Positions 21,629 through 33,769 of a stretch of DNA of 34,510 nucleotides are shown here, in pieces. Positions within the stretch are counted from its first letter, which is position 1; every line of letters begins with the position of its first letter. The notes beneath the pieces were generated by a model. The model made no database searches. It had not been told where the DNA came from and saw only the letters and a list, made by a program, of their open reading frames with translations. Source of the stretch: Catajapyx aquilonaris (taxonomy: Eukaryota). A program made the position numbers and the translations under genes. The stretch covers positions 1 to 34,510 of the forward strand of contig KZ539068.1 in assembly GCA_000934665.2 (NCBI GenBank), given 5' to 3'.

Positions 21629-22379
21629 TTTCTTACTAGTAGGTCAAGCCACAAGTGGCATATTCCTTGGCCCAAATCAAGCCAAAAAAATAGGGGAGAG
21701 CAATATCGAGGGACCAACCTGTTACGAGGTTGACGACCTGAAACATTGGCCTACCCTTAGACACAGGTGGCAACACACACGACACCTCTTCGTAGGGAGA
21801 TCTCCTGGCAGATAGACTTGAGCGCCTTACAGGGGCTGCCTAGGGAGCAGGATATAAGTGTGATAATCACTTCTGAAAAAGAATTGAAGCCCACACCTGG
21901 AAAACGTTGTGTCTAACAAAATGTGATATATGAGAAAAATATGAAAAATGTCCCTATCTGCAACAGGGAACTGTAAATTTATTATCCGAATTAGTTTGAA
22001 CAAAGGATTACCAAGTTCCACAGGTGGCCGTCGAGGACACCAGCTGATGGAGCTTTGATGATACAATGTTTTACCATGGAAAACACAACTTTGACAATTT
22101 GTTTGTTACAACGTTTTCCAGCTGTGGGCTTCAATTGATCTTGCAAAATCAAACCAGTCATGATTATCTCACTCATATCCTGCTCCCTAGGCAACCCCTG
22201 TAAGGCTCACGAGACCACCTGACAGGAGATCTCCCTACAAAGAGGCGTCATGTGTGTTGCCACCTGTGTCTAGGGGTAGGCCAATGTTTCAAGTAGTCTA
22301 CCTCGTTACAGGTTGGTCCCTCTGCATTTCTCACCCCTACATTTCAGACTTGGTTTGGGCTTGACCTACTAGTAAGAAA
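21629..22379. mobile_element. Old foldback MITE with ~240-bp diverged arms
   Basis: 21629-21869 is the inverse of ~22160-22379. Confidence 0.8.
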
Positions 22380-22591
22380 CACCCTGCATAACAGACATTT
22401 CAATGGAAACACCCTCCATAACAGAAACAGGACAAGCATTATTTAAACATCTTTTGCCTTGGTTCCACAAATGAATTTCAATATTTAATGCATTTGTGTT
22501 ATTTCAGTAACGCTGCATTCATTCGCACTTGTTCCTGTTTCTGCTATTGCAGGTAGTGCCTTCATTCCTACTGGGGTATATTACATGAACC

Positions 22592-22797
22592 TTTATTTAT
22601 TATTACCTGTTTACATTGCACTGATAATAATTGGGGAAAGGGAAAGGCTCCCAAGGGAGGGATCCCCTGCATAGTTTTCAGACCTGCTGAAAATTCAGAC
22701 CTTTTCTCTTGGCTCTGGGGGTGGAGGGGAGGGGGGATTTGAGCCCTGGACCTCTCAATTGGCTGGCCAGTGGCGTAACCACTACACCACTATGGAG
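22592..22797 (-). mobile_element. Degenerate tRNA-derived SINE
   Basis: Minus strand: A box TGGTGTAGTGG, B-box-like GGCTCAAATCC, aataataaataaa tail. Confidence 0.65.
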
Positions 22798-23002
22798 CAC
22801 ATTATTTTGTTTCTGCTATTGTCTGTGGCAGAGGTATTTCATAGTTGGATATTGGGGTAAGGTGGAAATGGGGAAGGTTACCTTTTGACACATTGTGACA
22901 GCCCTGGGCTAACTCATACCAAGAAAACACGTGTTCCTTGAGCACTAGTTTATTCGACCTTCCAAGTACTGACATAAGTGAGTACCGACTGTCCCCTTAT
23001 GG

Positions 23003-23529
23003 CAGGGCTATTCAACTGGCATACCACGGTCCGAATCCGGATGATGCAATTTTGTCCGGACTGCGACAATATACAGGACAGTTTGAAATAGCATGATAAA
23101 TTACTAATTAATGATTTTTTAAAAGAAGTGCTACCAATTTCATCAATACACACCCATTCAAATCTCCCACATTCACCTAAGCTCATGTGACCTTGAACCC
23201 CCCAAAAACTTTGCCTGCGGCGGGCTCTTTCCCTGCCCATTACGGCTTGTTCACCTTGTTCTTACGAAATGGGCCCCCCTCCAAAATTCTTCTGCCTACG
23301 CGCCTGTACAGGACATCATAAAGGGCGAAAATGTCTTAATATGCCCTGTCTTGATATGCCCTTCTACCCTTGCTGTCATGTTTCTATTTTTGAATATGAA
23401 CCCTGTGGTACCATATAAAATCTATATATTTTTACCCAGGGGGGGTGGGGGGGTGGGGGGGGAGGGAACCTTCAATGGCCTAGGAAAGGTAAATAATGGA
23501 CCTTGTCCTAAACTAGTTGAATAGCCCTG
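23003..23529. mobile_element. hAT (Buster-type) MITE
   Basis: 15-bp TIR CAGGGCTATTCAACT; perfect 8-bp TSD ccttatgg; internal segment shared with 12348-12446. Confidence 0.88.
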
Positions 23530-24330
23530 CCTTATGGCTTTACAACCCAGACCTCTTTGAATGCCAGACCCAACCCACATACATGCCTGGTCAGGGTCAG
23601 ACCCTGACAACATGTTTCACAATAGAATCAAACTAATGCCGAGTTATTGATTGCTGCACCACTCATTGAGTCCACATGTTACAAAACTCACTTGCCTCAG
23701 GGAGAAAAATTAATTCCTGTTGCAAACTCAAGAGTAAAGAAATAATAACTGGGTACAATTTTGGACTCTTGATGGATCCAAAATATTACGAAATACATTT
23801 TCATTAATTTAGGATACCGGTAGGCTTCTTTTTGTGTTTCCCTTTGGGGAGGGGGAAGGGGAAGGGTCAGCAAAAAAACATGCTGGTATGTTTTTACTGA
23901 CTTGTAAGCAACAAAAGTGCATTCCAAATGCCCTCCATGGGGTGACCTACAAGGGTGTGACAGTTTGGGTTGCATCTGATCAGCAATTCTTTTGTTACTT
24001 GCTCCATAGTCAATAGTTTTTGAGACACGATGGGATAATATTCGTCTTCCGTTAATTTTTTCTTCTATTTTTCCCGGCTAAAAATCTTTCCAAGTTATAC
24101 CATGTCTGCCTGGTGGTGCCTTCTGATCCTATGTATATCTTGTGACTGGGAAAATTCCAGGAACCACAAGAGCGTTTGACTTAGGCTAGATGCACTTTTT
24201 CCCACGCATCCGAGAATTCTGGATGCTTGTAACACACCTTGTGTTGCTTTTTTGTGATGTTACTTGAACTTTGGCAGTTATGTAGTCTGTGTAGTTTGGA
24301 GTTTTGACATGTTTGACACCCTTATTTTAG

Positions 24331-24847
24331 GAAACTACCCACAAACAGAACAACAGCCAGGAAGCACCAACTCTGTGTGGTATTGGATATTGATAGCACT
24401 GGTGCCGCTTGGGTTTGGTGCCATTTGGGTTGGCGCCTACATTAGACGGCGCTTCATCTGTTGGGGTGTTCAGGACCTGAGAGGACCTGAGACCAAGAAG
24501 TGTGTGTCACCAAAGATAGTTGTCCTTCTCTACCAAAGAGATTGTGATGAATTTCATGTTGCAATTGGGCAACTCAAGGCATGCTTGCAGGGATGTAGCC
24601 TTGAAGTGTGTGATTACTTGGAATCCTGTGATAAGCACTTGGATGAACACTTGGTTGGCCATATATCAAGTTTGCTAACCAATGAACACCACCAAGTGAT
24701 TCTGGTGGCATCCAAATTGGCTGCTCTTGCTGCATGGAATGGGAACATTTCATATGTCAAACCTCATAGACATGATCGTCTGTTCTCATATGCATTCAAG
24801 CGCCTGAGTGAGATAGCCCTAGTATATCAGCGAGTTTTTGTGGTCAG
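24331..24847 (+). CDS. IL-17R-like exon 5: TM helix and most of the SEFIR-like domain
   Basis: cttattttag| acceptor phase 1; TM WYWILIALVPLGFGAIWVGAYI then RRR; VVLLYQRDCDEFH, VILVAS, PHRHDRLF, YQRVFVV; AG|gtatgg donor. Confidence 0.88.
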
Positions 24848-24873
24848 GTATGGATGAGAATTTACACGAAATA

Positions 24874-25569
24874 CAGGGTGTCCACAAATGATGGGGCCAA
24901 AGTAAAAAAATTCTAGAAAATGCGACATACAAGGTACAACTCCCGTACATATCTCATAGCAAAGAGGAAGGTTGAAAGTTTTTTTTTTTGACATATCTCA
25001 CCACATGAAATGATTAGTGCCTTGCCATCTAGAAGTTAAAAATAGTGTCAGCGGAGGAAAAGGCTTGGTGCGTGCTGCAGAGGTTAATGCCACAGCTGCA
25101 AGAAGAAGCCTCGGATTTCATCTTCCAACAAGATGGAGCGCCTCTGCATTTCCATCTCCACGTCCGCAACTACCTGAATCGGCTACTGCCTCAAAGGTGG
25201 ATCGGGGCATTCCACTGACAGTGATGCAGTTTTCTGGACTTGGCCACCCCGTTCACCAGAATTGACGCTGTGTGATTTTTTTTTGTGGGGGTACATTAAG
25301 AATACAGTGTTTGTGCCACCCCTCCCGAGATCTTCGGCCGAACTGAAGCACCGCATCACTGTCGTGGCTTCCATAACGCTGACATGCTACAATGCACCGA
25401 TTTCCTGTTAAACGCCTGCCGTGTCACGTGGTGCTCATATCGAGGGTTTGTCTATGTAAAAAAACTTTCAACCTTCCTTTTTGCTATGAGATATGTACGG
25501 GTGTTGTACCTTGTACGTCGCATTTTCTAGAATTTTTTTACTTTGGCCCCATCATTTTTGGTCACCCTG
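24874..25569 (+). mobile_element. Tc1/mariner (rosa/LTIR-like) deleted element filling intron 5
   Basis: TA-flanked CAGGGTG ends, ~115-bp TIRs, FQQDGAP and WPPRSPELTLCDFFLWGYIK remnants. Confidence 0.9.
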
Positions 25570-25612
25570 TACTTGTAATGTTGAGTAAATTTATGGAATA
25601 TTTTTATTGCAG

Positions 25613-25826
25613 CTTTGATGGGTATGAGGATGACAGCATAGCAAGATCTCTTACCACTTATCGTCGCTTTATCCTCCCACAAAAGATTGATGAATTGCTT
25701 TCTACCTTGAAGGGAGGAGAACACACTTCATGTGGCACAAATGAATACGATGATCTTCAGGCTGCGATAAATAAGTTGAAGGGAGTTTGCAAAGAGGATG
25801 GGAATCACCACGTGGCCATTGTGTAG
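25613..25826 (+). CDS. IL-17R-like exon 6: SEFIR C-terminus and stop
   Basis: tttttattgcag|C phase 2; FDGYEDD..RRFILPQKIDELLSTL resembles the SEFIR end motif; TAG stop. Confidence 0.85.
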
Positions 25827-26352
25827 ATCTCAGCACTTGTTAAAATGCAATTATTTTTATAAAGTTACAGAATCTCATATTATCATAGCCCCTAGTTATT
25901 GTACTATACAAGTGACAGCTCAGAAACAAGAAAGTCTTGCAGCATGATTCAGTGTCGCCCACTCAATGTCTTCTAGAACAGATTCAGGATCAAGTTCTCT
26001 GTTGCATGATACATTTTGGTCATGGCTTTACCTAATAATTTCACATGGTGAAACTCAGATCTTTGCATACATTTGTACTGTACAATGCAAGTTGCCTTTG
26101 CATAATTTGAAACTTGAGGGTTTTGGTATTGCACTTCTGTACCTCTTCACTTTGAAATGGCCATGAAGCTCACTAAAATATTATTATGCAAGGATTCATG
26201 TTATTTTCTCTGGAAATAAGGTAAATTAATGTCATAAATTGAAAATGCTTAATGGCCAGTGGAAAATGAGGAAAACCATAATATTAATAATATATGGAGT
26301 GTTCCAATACCAATGTGAGCTACATATTAAAACTTGAAATGTAATGGCCATC

Positions 26353-26759
26353 GAGAATGCACTTCTGGAACCACCCACTTTTCACATTTGGAACAATGGG
26401 AACTGGAGACCTCAGGTTACCAGCTGGCATAAAGTGACATTTTTGTAATATATTAAAACACTTGCATGTGGGAGTCCAGCATCAATTTAAATTTGGGAAG
26501 CACAAGCACCTGAGTAGTATTTTCACTGCCAGTGGAATGCTTTTGAGGGATATTGTTTGCTTCACGAGGCATCCATGACCCCCTTGAAAAGAGTGAGAGA
26601 AGAGGAAGGTGGCTGTTGTTCAGAGATGCACTCACGCAACAAAAGGAGTAATGAGTGTCGGTCCTTGGTCAAGAGTATTTTACTGTTTGGAAATGGGGAG
26701 AGGATGGGATAGGGACTAAGCTTCTGGTGAAAAGTGGGAGGTTCCAGATGTGCATTCTC
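26353..26759. mobile_element. Old MITE with ~33-bp inverted repeats
   Basis: gagaatgcac..ctggaacc.cccacttttcac at 26353-26385, inverse at 26727-26759. Confidence 0.55.
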
Positions 26760-27401
26760 ATAGTATCGACATCACCTGTATTATATATAGAAAGTTCTCT
26801 TTCTCACATCCTTTGGCAAGAAATCACTCCACAAAATTGCATTACTATCATTAACAGTGTTACCATAAGCTGGGGTGACCATGTGACTAGTGGGATAACA
26901 GTGACTTTTGTATTTTGCATATTCCAGCCACCCAGCTGGTGAGATGATATTAGTTGGGGAATTGTTGGTGTTTACCCGGAAGGCTTCTGAATGACCATAC
27001 TAATAGCCCCCCTTTACTGTACATTCTTTGGCATGATAAAATCATTGGCTGCACTAATGTATGTAGCACATTGGATTGAGGTCTAAATAGACCATGACAT
27101 CATTTTTATTTATTTATAAATAACACAATTTTATGTTGTACTTGGTTTACGACAATTGAGTGACTGAGCTGCATTGTGGTAGACAATATTGAGCGCCCAC
27201 TCCCACTCTTTTAATATGTTAGATCCTCACGTTTGTCAACAATCTAAGTCTACGTATATCGTTCGGATTGTTTGATTTGTCTGCTCTTTTTTATTTTTTA
27301 TTTTTTTTTCGTGTGGAATGGGCAATATGTGATCTGTCTATCTAGCTGCTGTTGTGTGTTCTGGAGCGAATGTATATCAAAACAAAACTCGTGTTTAAAT
27401 A

Positions 27402-27628
27402 CAGGGTGTTCCAAGTATATCAGGGCTTTAGTTATAGGAAATTTCACTTGAATCTGTATTTTTTTTGTTGCTCTCCTAACCAAGTTCTCTATTCTATAGC
27501 AACTGCTACATTCGACCACCTGGGAGTATTGAGGCATCTGGATAGGGGCACAACGAGCTCCACAAAAATTACTACTTCAAGTGATATTAATGATAACTTA
27601 AAATTACCCACAAACTTGGAATGCCCTG
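27402..27628. mobile_element. Small mariner-type MITE
   Basis: TA|CAGGGTGTTCCAAGT ... ACTTGGAATGCCCTG|TA. Confidence 0.7.
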
Positions 27629-28037
27629 TATAATTACTATGTGGATCTGAGAGTATAGCTGGAAAGAGGCAATCTGGATAATTATGTGGTATCACAAGAT
27701 ACCTCGGTGACCAGCAGAGGGCAATGTGTGAATAAAATGTGAAATACAGTAGGATTTGCAGTTCGCAGATCATCATTTGTCATATTTTTTAATGCCTCAC
27801 TATACTGAAGAATAAAATTATTTAAAAAAAATATACTGCATGATGTTACACCGTGTTACAAAATTCAAAATAATTAGGATCTGGAAGCGCGGGGCCTGGC
27901 AGTAATCAGCAGTGCTACGGTGGTACCGAGAGAGAATCAAGGCTGCCTCGCTTTTCTGTTTAAAACCTTATTCAAGAGACACCGATCATTGGGAAATATA
28001 CTTATTTGGTTTCGGGGTCTCATATAACAGAAGCCTG

Positions 28038-28386
28038 GGGAGGTGTGGTGGCCGTGATGGTAACGTCACGGCTTGCTGAGTGAAAGGCCCCGCGTTCAAT
28101 CCCCGCCTGGGGAACTTTCCTTTCACCTGCGTCAGGAGGGTCTCTGACCTGCACCAAGGAGGTGTCTGGCAACCTAACCTGCTGGGGAACAGCACATGAC
28201 CCATTAGCTACGACATTGCACCTTGCACCCATGTTCCCTCCCCAAAAATCCCTATCCTTTCCCATTGTCCCTGTTTCCTTGCACCGGTGATTGAAGCGAA
28301 AATATATCAGAAAACTGATGGTGGTATGCCACCCCCCTATAGCTCCCATAAGGGACATCACGAGGTAAAATAAAAATAAAATAAAA
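28038..28386 (+). mobile_element. tRNA-derived SINE, second family
   Basis: A box TGGCCGTGATGG, B box GTTCAATCC, (TAAAA)n tail, 16-bp TSD atataac.gaagcctg. Confidence 0.88.
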
Positions 28387-29216
28387 ATATAACGGAAGCC
28401 TGTTAGGTAAAAAAAAAATATTCCAACCGAAGCCGAAAAATAGTAATTAGCTTTATTTAAATTAGCATTTTTGTACATACTTATATTAGATTACTTACAT
28501 AAACTAGATATGCACCGCACATAACCATATCTGGCATATACGCATAAGCAACAAACAGTAACAGTAATTGGGTGTTTTGATGAGCTAAAAGCAGATTTTA
28601 ATTGGTCGGGAAAATTTTAAGATAATAGCATTATCACCTGCATTTCCAACCCATTTGGTATTACAAGAGACTACAATAACATGCGCCATAATCAAACGGG
28701 CCACAGCTCAGGTTATCTTTCTGGTAGAAAAAAAAAGAGTCTCCCATCAGGCTTCGCGAGGCTGTGCATGCACTGAAATGTCATGTGACTGTCTCCGGGC
28801 ATATCACCTCCCACTGGTTATAAAAGTAGGCATGTCACAGGCTCACTCGCCCTAGTTCACTTGTGCTGGTGCTGGTGATGGTGCGGCTGGTTTTCCGGGC
28901 TACTGTGCGGATGACTTCATCATATGAAGTCAGTGGTAAGTTAATTGTGTGCTTGTGATAGTCTTCTGGGACACTACACGTTCCTCATTATCATTACAGA
29001 TGCTGCCTGGATAGTGCCAACCCATACCAAGCCCGGCCCCCATCGGATCTCAAGTTGACCTCTACAGTAAGGTAGTGGGACACATGCAGAGAAAGGCTCT
29101 ATTCGGACCAAACAGGTCCAACAGATACACAACTAGCTCCTATTCAACCTGAGATTATGGCGCACACATTGTTGTAACTCCATAATGTCAGCAAGGTCGA
29201 CACTGCCATTCACAAG

Positions 29217-29429
29217 GTGCTGGCTATCATGACAAAGGTCGGGACACGTAGGCCACGCTACCATAACGAGGTAGTGAATTTGCACCATCTAGTGTCTGCA
29301 CCAGTCAAGCCCATAGACCCATTAAAAATCAGAGATATCAGGGGCTGCTTCAAATATTTTGAACCAGTACATAAGGATTGTTTGAATGCCCTGTTCAAAG
29401 AGAATCAGCGCCTTTCTGGTAAACAGTAA
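29217..29429 (+). mobile_element. Possible Sola-like transposase C-terminal remnant
   Basis: PVKPIDPLKIRDIRGCFKYFEPVHKDCLNAL resembles the PI...K..D....L.YI...H..FY..L end motif, recalled from memory; no TIRs found. Confidence 0.35.
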
Positions 29430-30545
29430 AGACTGTAATATCATCTTCAATGTAACCTGTATCATTCACTATTATAATTAATTTATTATATTAAGGACCT
29501 CAGTTTCTTTCAGGTTTTTTGGGCTGCCGCGATTAAATTTTGCCCAAGTGAGTTACGACAATACAACAGGGAACCCTCGAATTGGCATATCTGGTTGGTC
29601 AATGACTTTGAAAGCAATCCTGGTTACATCCCAAGAACTGACTACATTGTCCTGAAAAATTCAGGAGTCAAAAGGAAGGGTAAGCTGCTACAACCATTGC
29701 CATGCCGATGAGATGTGGTGATCTGATTGTAGTGTTAATCTCAAGGTAATAAGCACCTGGCGTAGGTGACGAAGCTAAAGAATATATTGTATTATTGCAT
29801 CAGAATGACAACTTTCATGCCTGAGCAAACGATGCGGCAATATGATGCCAGTAATATTCTGGAAGAGGCTCAGAAGCATGTAGGACAACTCGAGACTCGG
29901 CCACGACATTTACCGACAGTGACCAACACTCGCTATCTGGCATGACTTTTCCTGGTGGAATGTGGGCAGGCACTTGGTCTCATCCGACAGCTGCTGTGCC
30001 TGTGCATATGCTGCAAGATGACACCTACCTGTCCTATATAAAGTACTGGAAGGATAGCCATTTGTGCTCATGTCCGTCACATGGCCTGGAAACTGTAGCG
30101 AGAAACATACTTTCTGACTGACCCTTGTCGTTCGATGCCTATAATTATTGCTCTGAATTACCAAGTTTTGTTAGAAATCTCATGTAAATATTATGCAATA
30201 AATATTTATCGAACATGCTGAGATCTTGCCTCACCCTGTACGCATCTGTGGACTTGCCCGGTTCACCGGCAATTAAATAAGCTTGTTTATAAGGCAGCGT
30301 GGGCAGAATTCTTAAACTGATTAACGGACTGGCCGTGCCATGAAACATAGTTGGATACACGGAACAAAATATCTAAACCAAGGGGTTATTAACCACTCGA
30401 CTGTGTCAAGTGTACACTGGAGTACCAAAATTCAAGGTGTACCAAGGAGTACCAAGGTAAGGAACCTAAGGAGTACCAGGGAGTACCACTGCTGGTGTAC
30501 GCCTGAATACCCCTTGATCTAAACTTTAGATTTTTCTAGTGTCTT

Positions 30546-31530
30546 TCAAGCTTTAGATTCTAACCTACACACCTTGTCTTTAACAGTCTCCTTAACATTC
30601 CACCTTTGCAAAATCTCCTCATTCCTAATCCTGTCCAACTTAGTAACCCCACAAACAGCCCAGAGATAATGCATCTCTGTAGCCAACACCCTACTCTTAT
30701 GCCTATCTGACCAAACCCACGCTTCACTACCATACATAAGTGAAGGAACAATAATAAGTGAAGGAACAATAACGTGAGAATAGACAGACAACCTGCAGGC
30801 AGAGGATAAGTCCTTATTTCTAGAAAACTTACTTGTGGCACCTATCACTTTCAACCCAGAACTAACTCGCCTGTCAATCTCCCCATCCATTCTACCATTA
30901 CTCTCAAGGACACTACCCAGGTATACAAACTGGTTGACCTGCTCAACCAGTCTTCCTCGTACCTGCAACAGACAAGGAGAAACCTGCCGTCCTCTCTCAA
31001 ATACCAATACCTTAGTCTTATCTACAGTAATCCTCATACCCCTCTTTTCACAAACATTATCTAACTTGCATAGGATCAACTGTAAATCAGCCTCACTCTC
31101 CGCAAGAAGGGCAGAATCATCTGCATACAGCAAGTGACTAACTAACTCATCACCAAACTGCACTCCTACACCTTCAACCATAGCTTCCATTACACATGCA
31201 TCTAACAATAAGTACAAGGAGACATGACACAACCCTGCTTAACCCCAACACATGTTAAACCAGTCAGAGAAACCCCCACTAAGTTCTAACACAAGCTCTA
31301 CTCTCTTCATACAATGACTTCACAGCCTCCACAAACCTTCCCTACTCACTGTGTCATAGGCTTTCTCTAAGTCTACAAAGGCAACCAAAACCTTCTTGTT
31401 TACAGCTAAATACTTTTCTATCACGAGTCTCACACAGAATATCTGATCTGCGCAACTCTTACCCGACATAAACCCACTTTGAATATTCAGTATTCTCTGA
31501 CTTGCGACCCTCTTAACTCTTTCTATCAAG
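30546..31530 (-). mobile_element. RTE (BovB-like) LINE reverse-transcriptase fragment, degenerate
   Basis: QSGF..GKSCADQIF, FVDLEKAYDTV, GVKQGCVMSP, LLYADD, FVYLGS, YGSEAW, VTKLDRIRNEEI; internal stop, deletion and frameshift. Confidence 0.93.
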
Positions 31531-31688
31531 AGATGAAATACGAATATTATTATCATAAACATTGGGCTCATTCACACCAGCTCTTGTTCACAGTTAATTT
31601 ATTATTACAAATTTTTCTGCGTCATGCAGAGACTGGTGAGAGCAAGATAGCTCTGCAGCTGGTCCTCCTTCGGTCCCCTGGTGGTACG

Positions 31689-31838
31689 TCAACGACGCCG
31701 ACGGGTTTGACGCCTGGCGCCAATGGGTTTCTTGCAGCCGTATTTGTCTTTTTGGGCTGGCGTCATTGTCCGCCATATGGCTCCGGCGATTTTCCCATAC
31801 ACAGGGATGCGTTCTTCTGGGAAGTTCGACACTAGACC
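31689..31838 (-). CDS. Small basic HMG-box (protamine-like) protein, exon 3
   Basis: gaatatccag|GGT; GLVSNFPEERIPVYGKIAGAIWRTMTPAQKDKYGCKKPIGARRQTRRRR*; AATAAA at 31598-31603. Confidence 0.78.
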   Translation of the reverse strand, partial: GLVSNFPEERIPVYGKIAGAIWRTMTPAQKDKYGCKKPIGARRQTRRRR

Positions 31839-31908
31839 CTGGATATTCAATAATTAAACACAATTAATATACAAACGGAATTTGTACGCTGCGTTTCCCG
31901 TGCCTTAC

Positions 31909-31988
31909 CGGATATATATTCACGTAGAAAGTGATGTACTTGCTGGGCCGTCGGGTTCGGGCCAAAGGAGACTCCAGCTTCGCCTTAC
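31909..31988 (-). CDS. HMG-box protamine-like protein, exon 2
   Basis: tatattcaag|GT...CCG|gtaagg; KAKLESPLARTRRPSKYITFYVNIYP; flanking introns of 74 and 70 nt. Confidence 0.72.
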
Positions 31989-32062
31989 CTTGAATATAGT
32001 ACCATGTGACATGTCAAGACACTGACAAAAAAAAAATTGGCAATGAAAAGTGTATTACTCAC

Positions 32063-32066
32063 CCAT
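32063..32066 (-). CDS. HMG-box protamine-like protein, coding end of exon 1 (ATG G)
   Basis: ATGG|gtgagt phase-1 donor matches exon 2; Inr-like TCAGTC at 32140-32135. Confidence 0.65.
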
Positions 32067-33123
32067 ACTTGACTAGACTAAGGTTTGGAACGTTTTACTG
32101 GTGAAGTCCGGGTGAAGTAGTGTAAAATGTAAATGACTGATCGAGAGTGTTTACCTGCGTTGTTGCTAGGCTACGGGTGAAACTAGCGTAGCTGCTAACT
32201 AGGAGCTATCATGAAATAAAGCAGTCCGGCTACTGTAGCTCCAAATATTATATTTACAAGTAGTCCTATAGCTGCTATATTGTTGCTAGTAATAAATGAT
32301 AATTTTAGCAATAATGCAGTGGAAATCAGGAAAAAAGAAGACAGCACACCTACTTCATGACCGGTTCATGACTAACCAGACACCCTATTCTATTTTGAGG
32401 CATGATTTATACAGTATAGGTATGGTTGCACCACTCGATTCCGGCTGTATTAGCTACACGATTCAATATAGTGTATTTGAGGGGTGCTCTTCCATAACGA
32501 GGTAAGTGCCAAAAATGACATTTTACAGGGTAAGGTTTTTTTTCCATTTTGTGAGGAAACTTGTGTACCTTGAGGACAACAATTTTTATTTAAAAAACCA
32601 TACAACAATACTAACCAAAATAACACTTCAAATTGTGCTTGTATTAAAACGTATAGTAGGAAAAAATTTGCGAAAAAAGGAAAAGTTCCAAAACGAGGTA
32701 AATGCCACATTGGGTTGCAACGAGAATCAGTATGTTAACTTAAGATGAAAAACTAAAGGAGGGTTGCAAGATGAAAGAGAGTTGAAAAAAGCGTGAAAGA
32801 GCTTCTCTTTGTGTCTTATTGTAGCAAGTGAGTGGCATTTACATGACACCTGTAATGGTTTAATTATTATATTAGTTGCTATATAACCATGACATACAAA
32901 ATTGCTGTTCATGCATTGCTGTTGTGGAATCATGCGAGCTGCAGACCTCTTATTTACATTTTGTCAATATTTTATAAAAGTGTGGAGGATGATACTAATT
33001 ATGTAACAGAGGAATAAAACGTTTATCTATCTGGTCATCCTTGCCAACGCTGGTTGTCTGGCAACCCTGGGCCTCTTTCGACCACGGGCCTGTTTTCTTC
33101 CAGTTCGGTTTGTTCTGAGCTCC

Positions 33124-33167
33124 GCAAGAAGGAGGCTGGAAAAGATCTTTTCCAGCCTCCTTCTTGC
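33124..33167. repeat. Perfect 44-bp palindrome
   Basis: gcaagaaggaggctggaaaaga/tcttttccagcctccttcttgc with no spacer. Confidence 0.95.
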
Positions 33168-33648
33168 CGACCTTTGTCTTGAAGAAAAAGAAGCCACTAG
33201 ACTCTGAGCCATGGCCGCTGAAGGAGTGGGATACGACCCTGGACACCACTTGAGGCAGGAGCAGGACAGGGTGGTCAGTGCAACACTTTTTTTGTTCAAT
33301 TATTCCACCATTTTGGAATACAGAACACTATACAAATGAGCAATTAATTGTTCTGAAAATTTTCAGCATAATTATTGTGATGGCCATGAAACGTCAATTA
33401 AAAGCCTGCGGTATCATTCCAAAATTTATATGGCTACGTGAACAGAATTTGAAAAAAAATATTAATTAATTAATTAATAGAACTAATTATTTAAATTTGG
33501 GGCAGGATTTTGATGCTGTCCACCGTCAACAACCGATAACCGTGGTGACCAATTGTTATAATGGTTTATTATTGTTGCAGGTTGAGAATTCTTTAACCTG
33601 AATTCCAAAAATCATACCGTTTTTTGATGCGCCACAAATTAAGGTATA

Positions 33649-33769
33649 TAGTCTGGTGACCCGGGGTAGCTTGCCCCCTGGGGTAACTGATGGTTGTTTA
33701 CTGCTATCCTTTTACATATGTTGCCATGGTGATTGCCCCCGGGATAGCTTACCCCGGGTCATCAGACTA
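33649..33769. mobile_element. ~120-bp MITE
   Basis: tagtctg.tgacccggggta / taccccgggtca.cagacta inverted ends. Confidence 0.65.

Noticed and set aside
30415..30500. Short ggagtacc repeats as a regulatory array
   Set aside because: Irregular low-complexity repeats next to a LINE end, with no supporting context.
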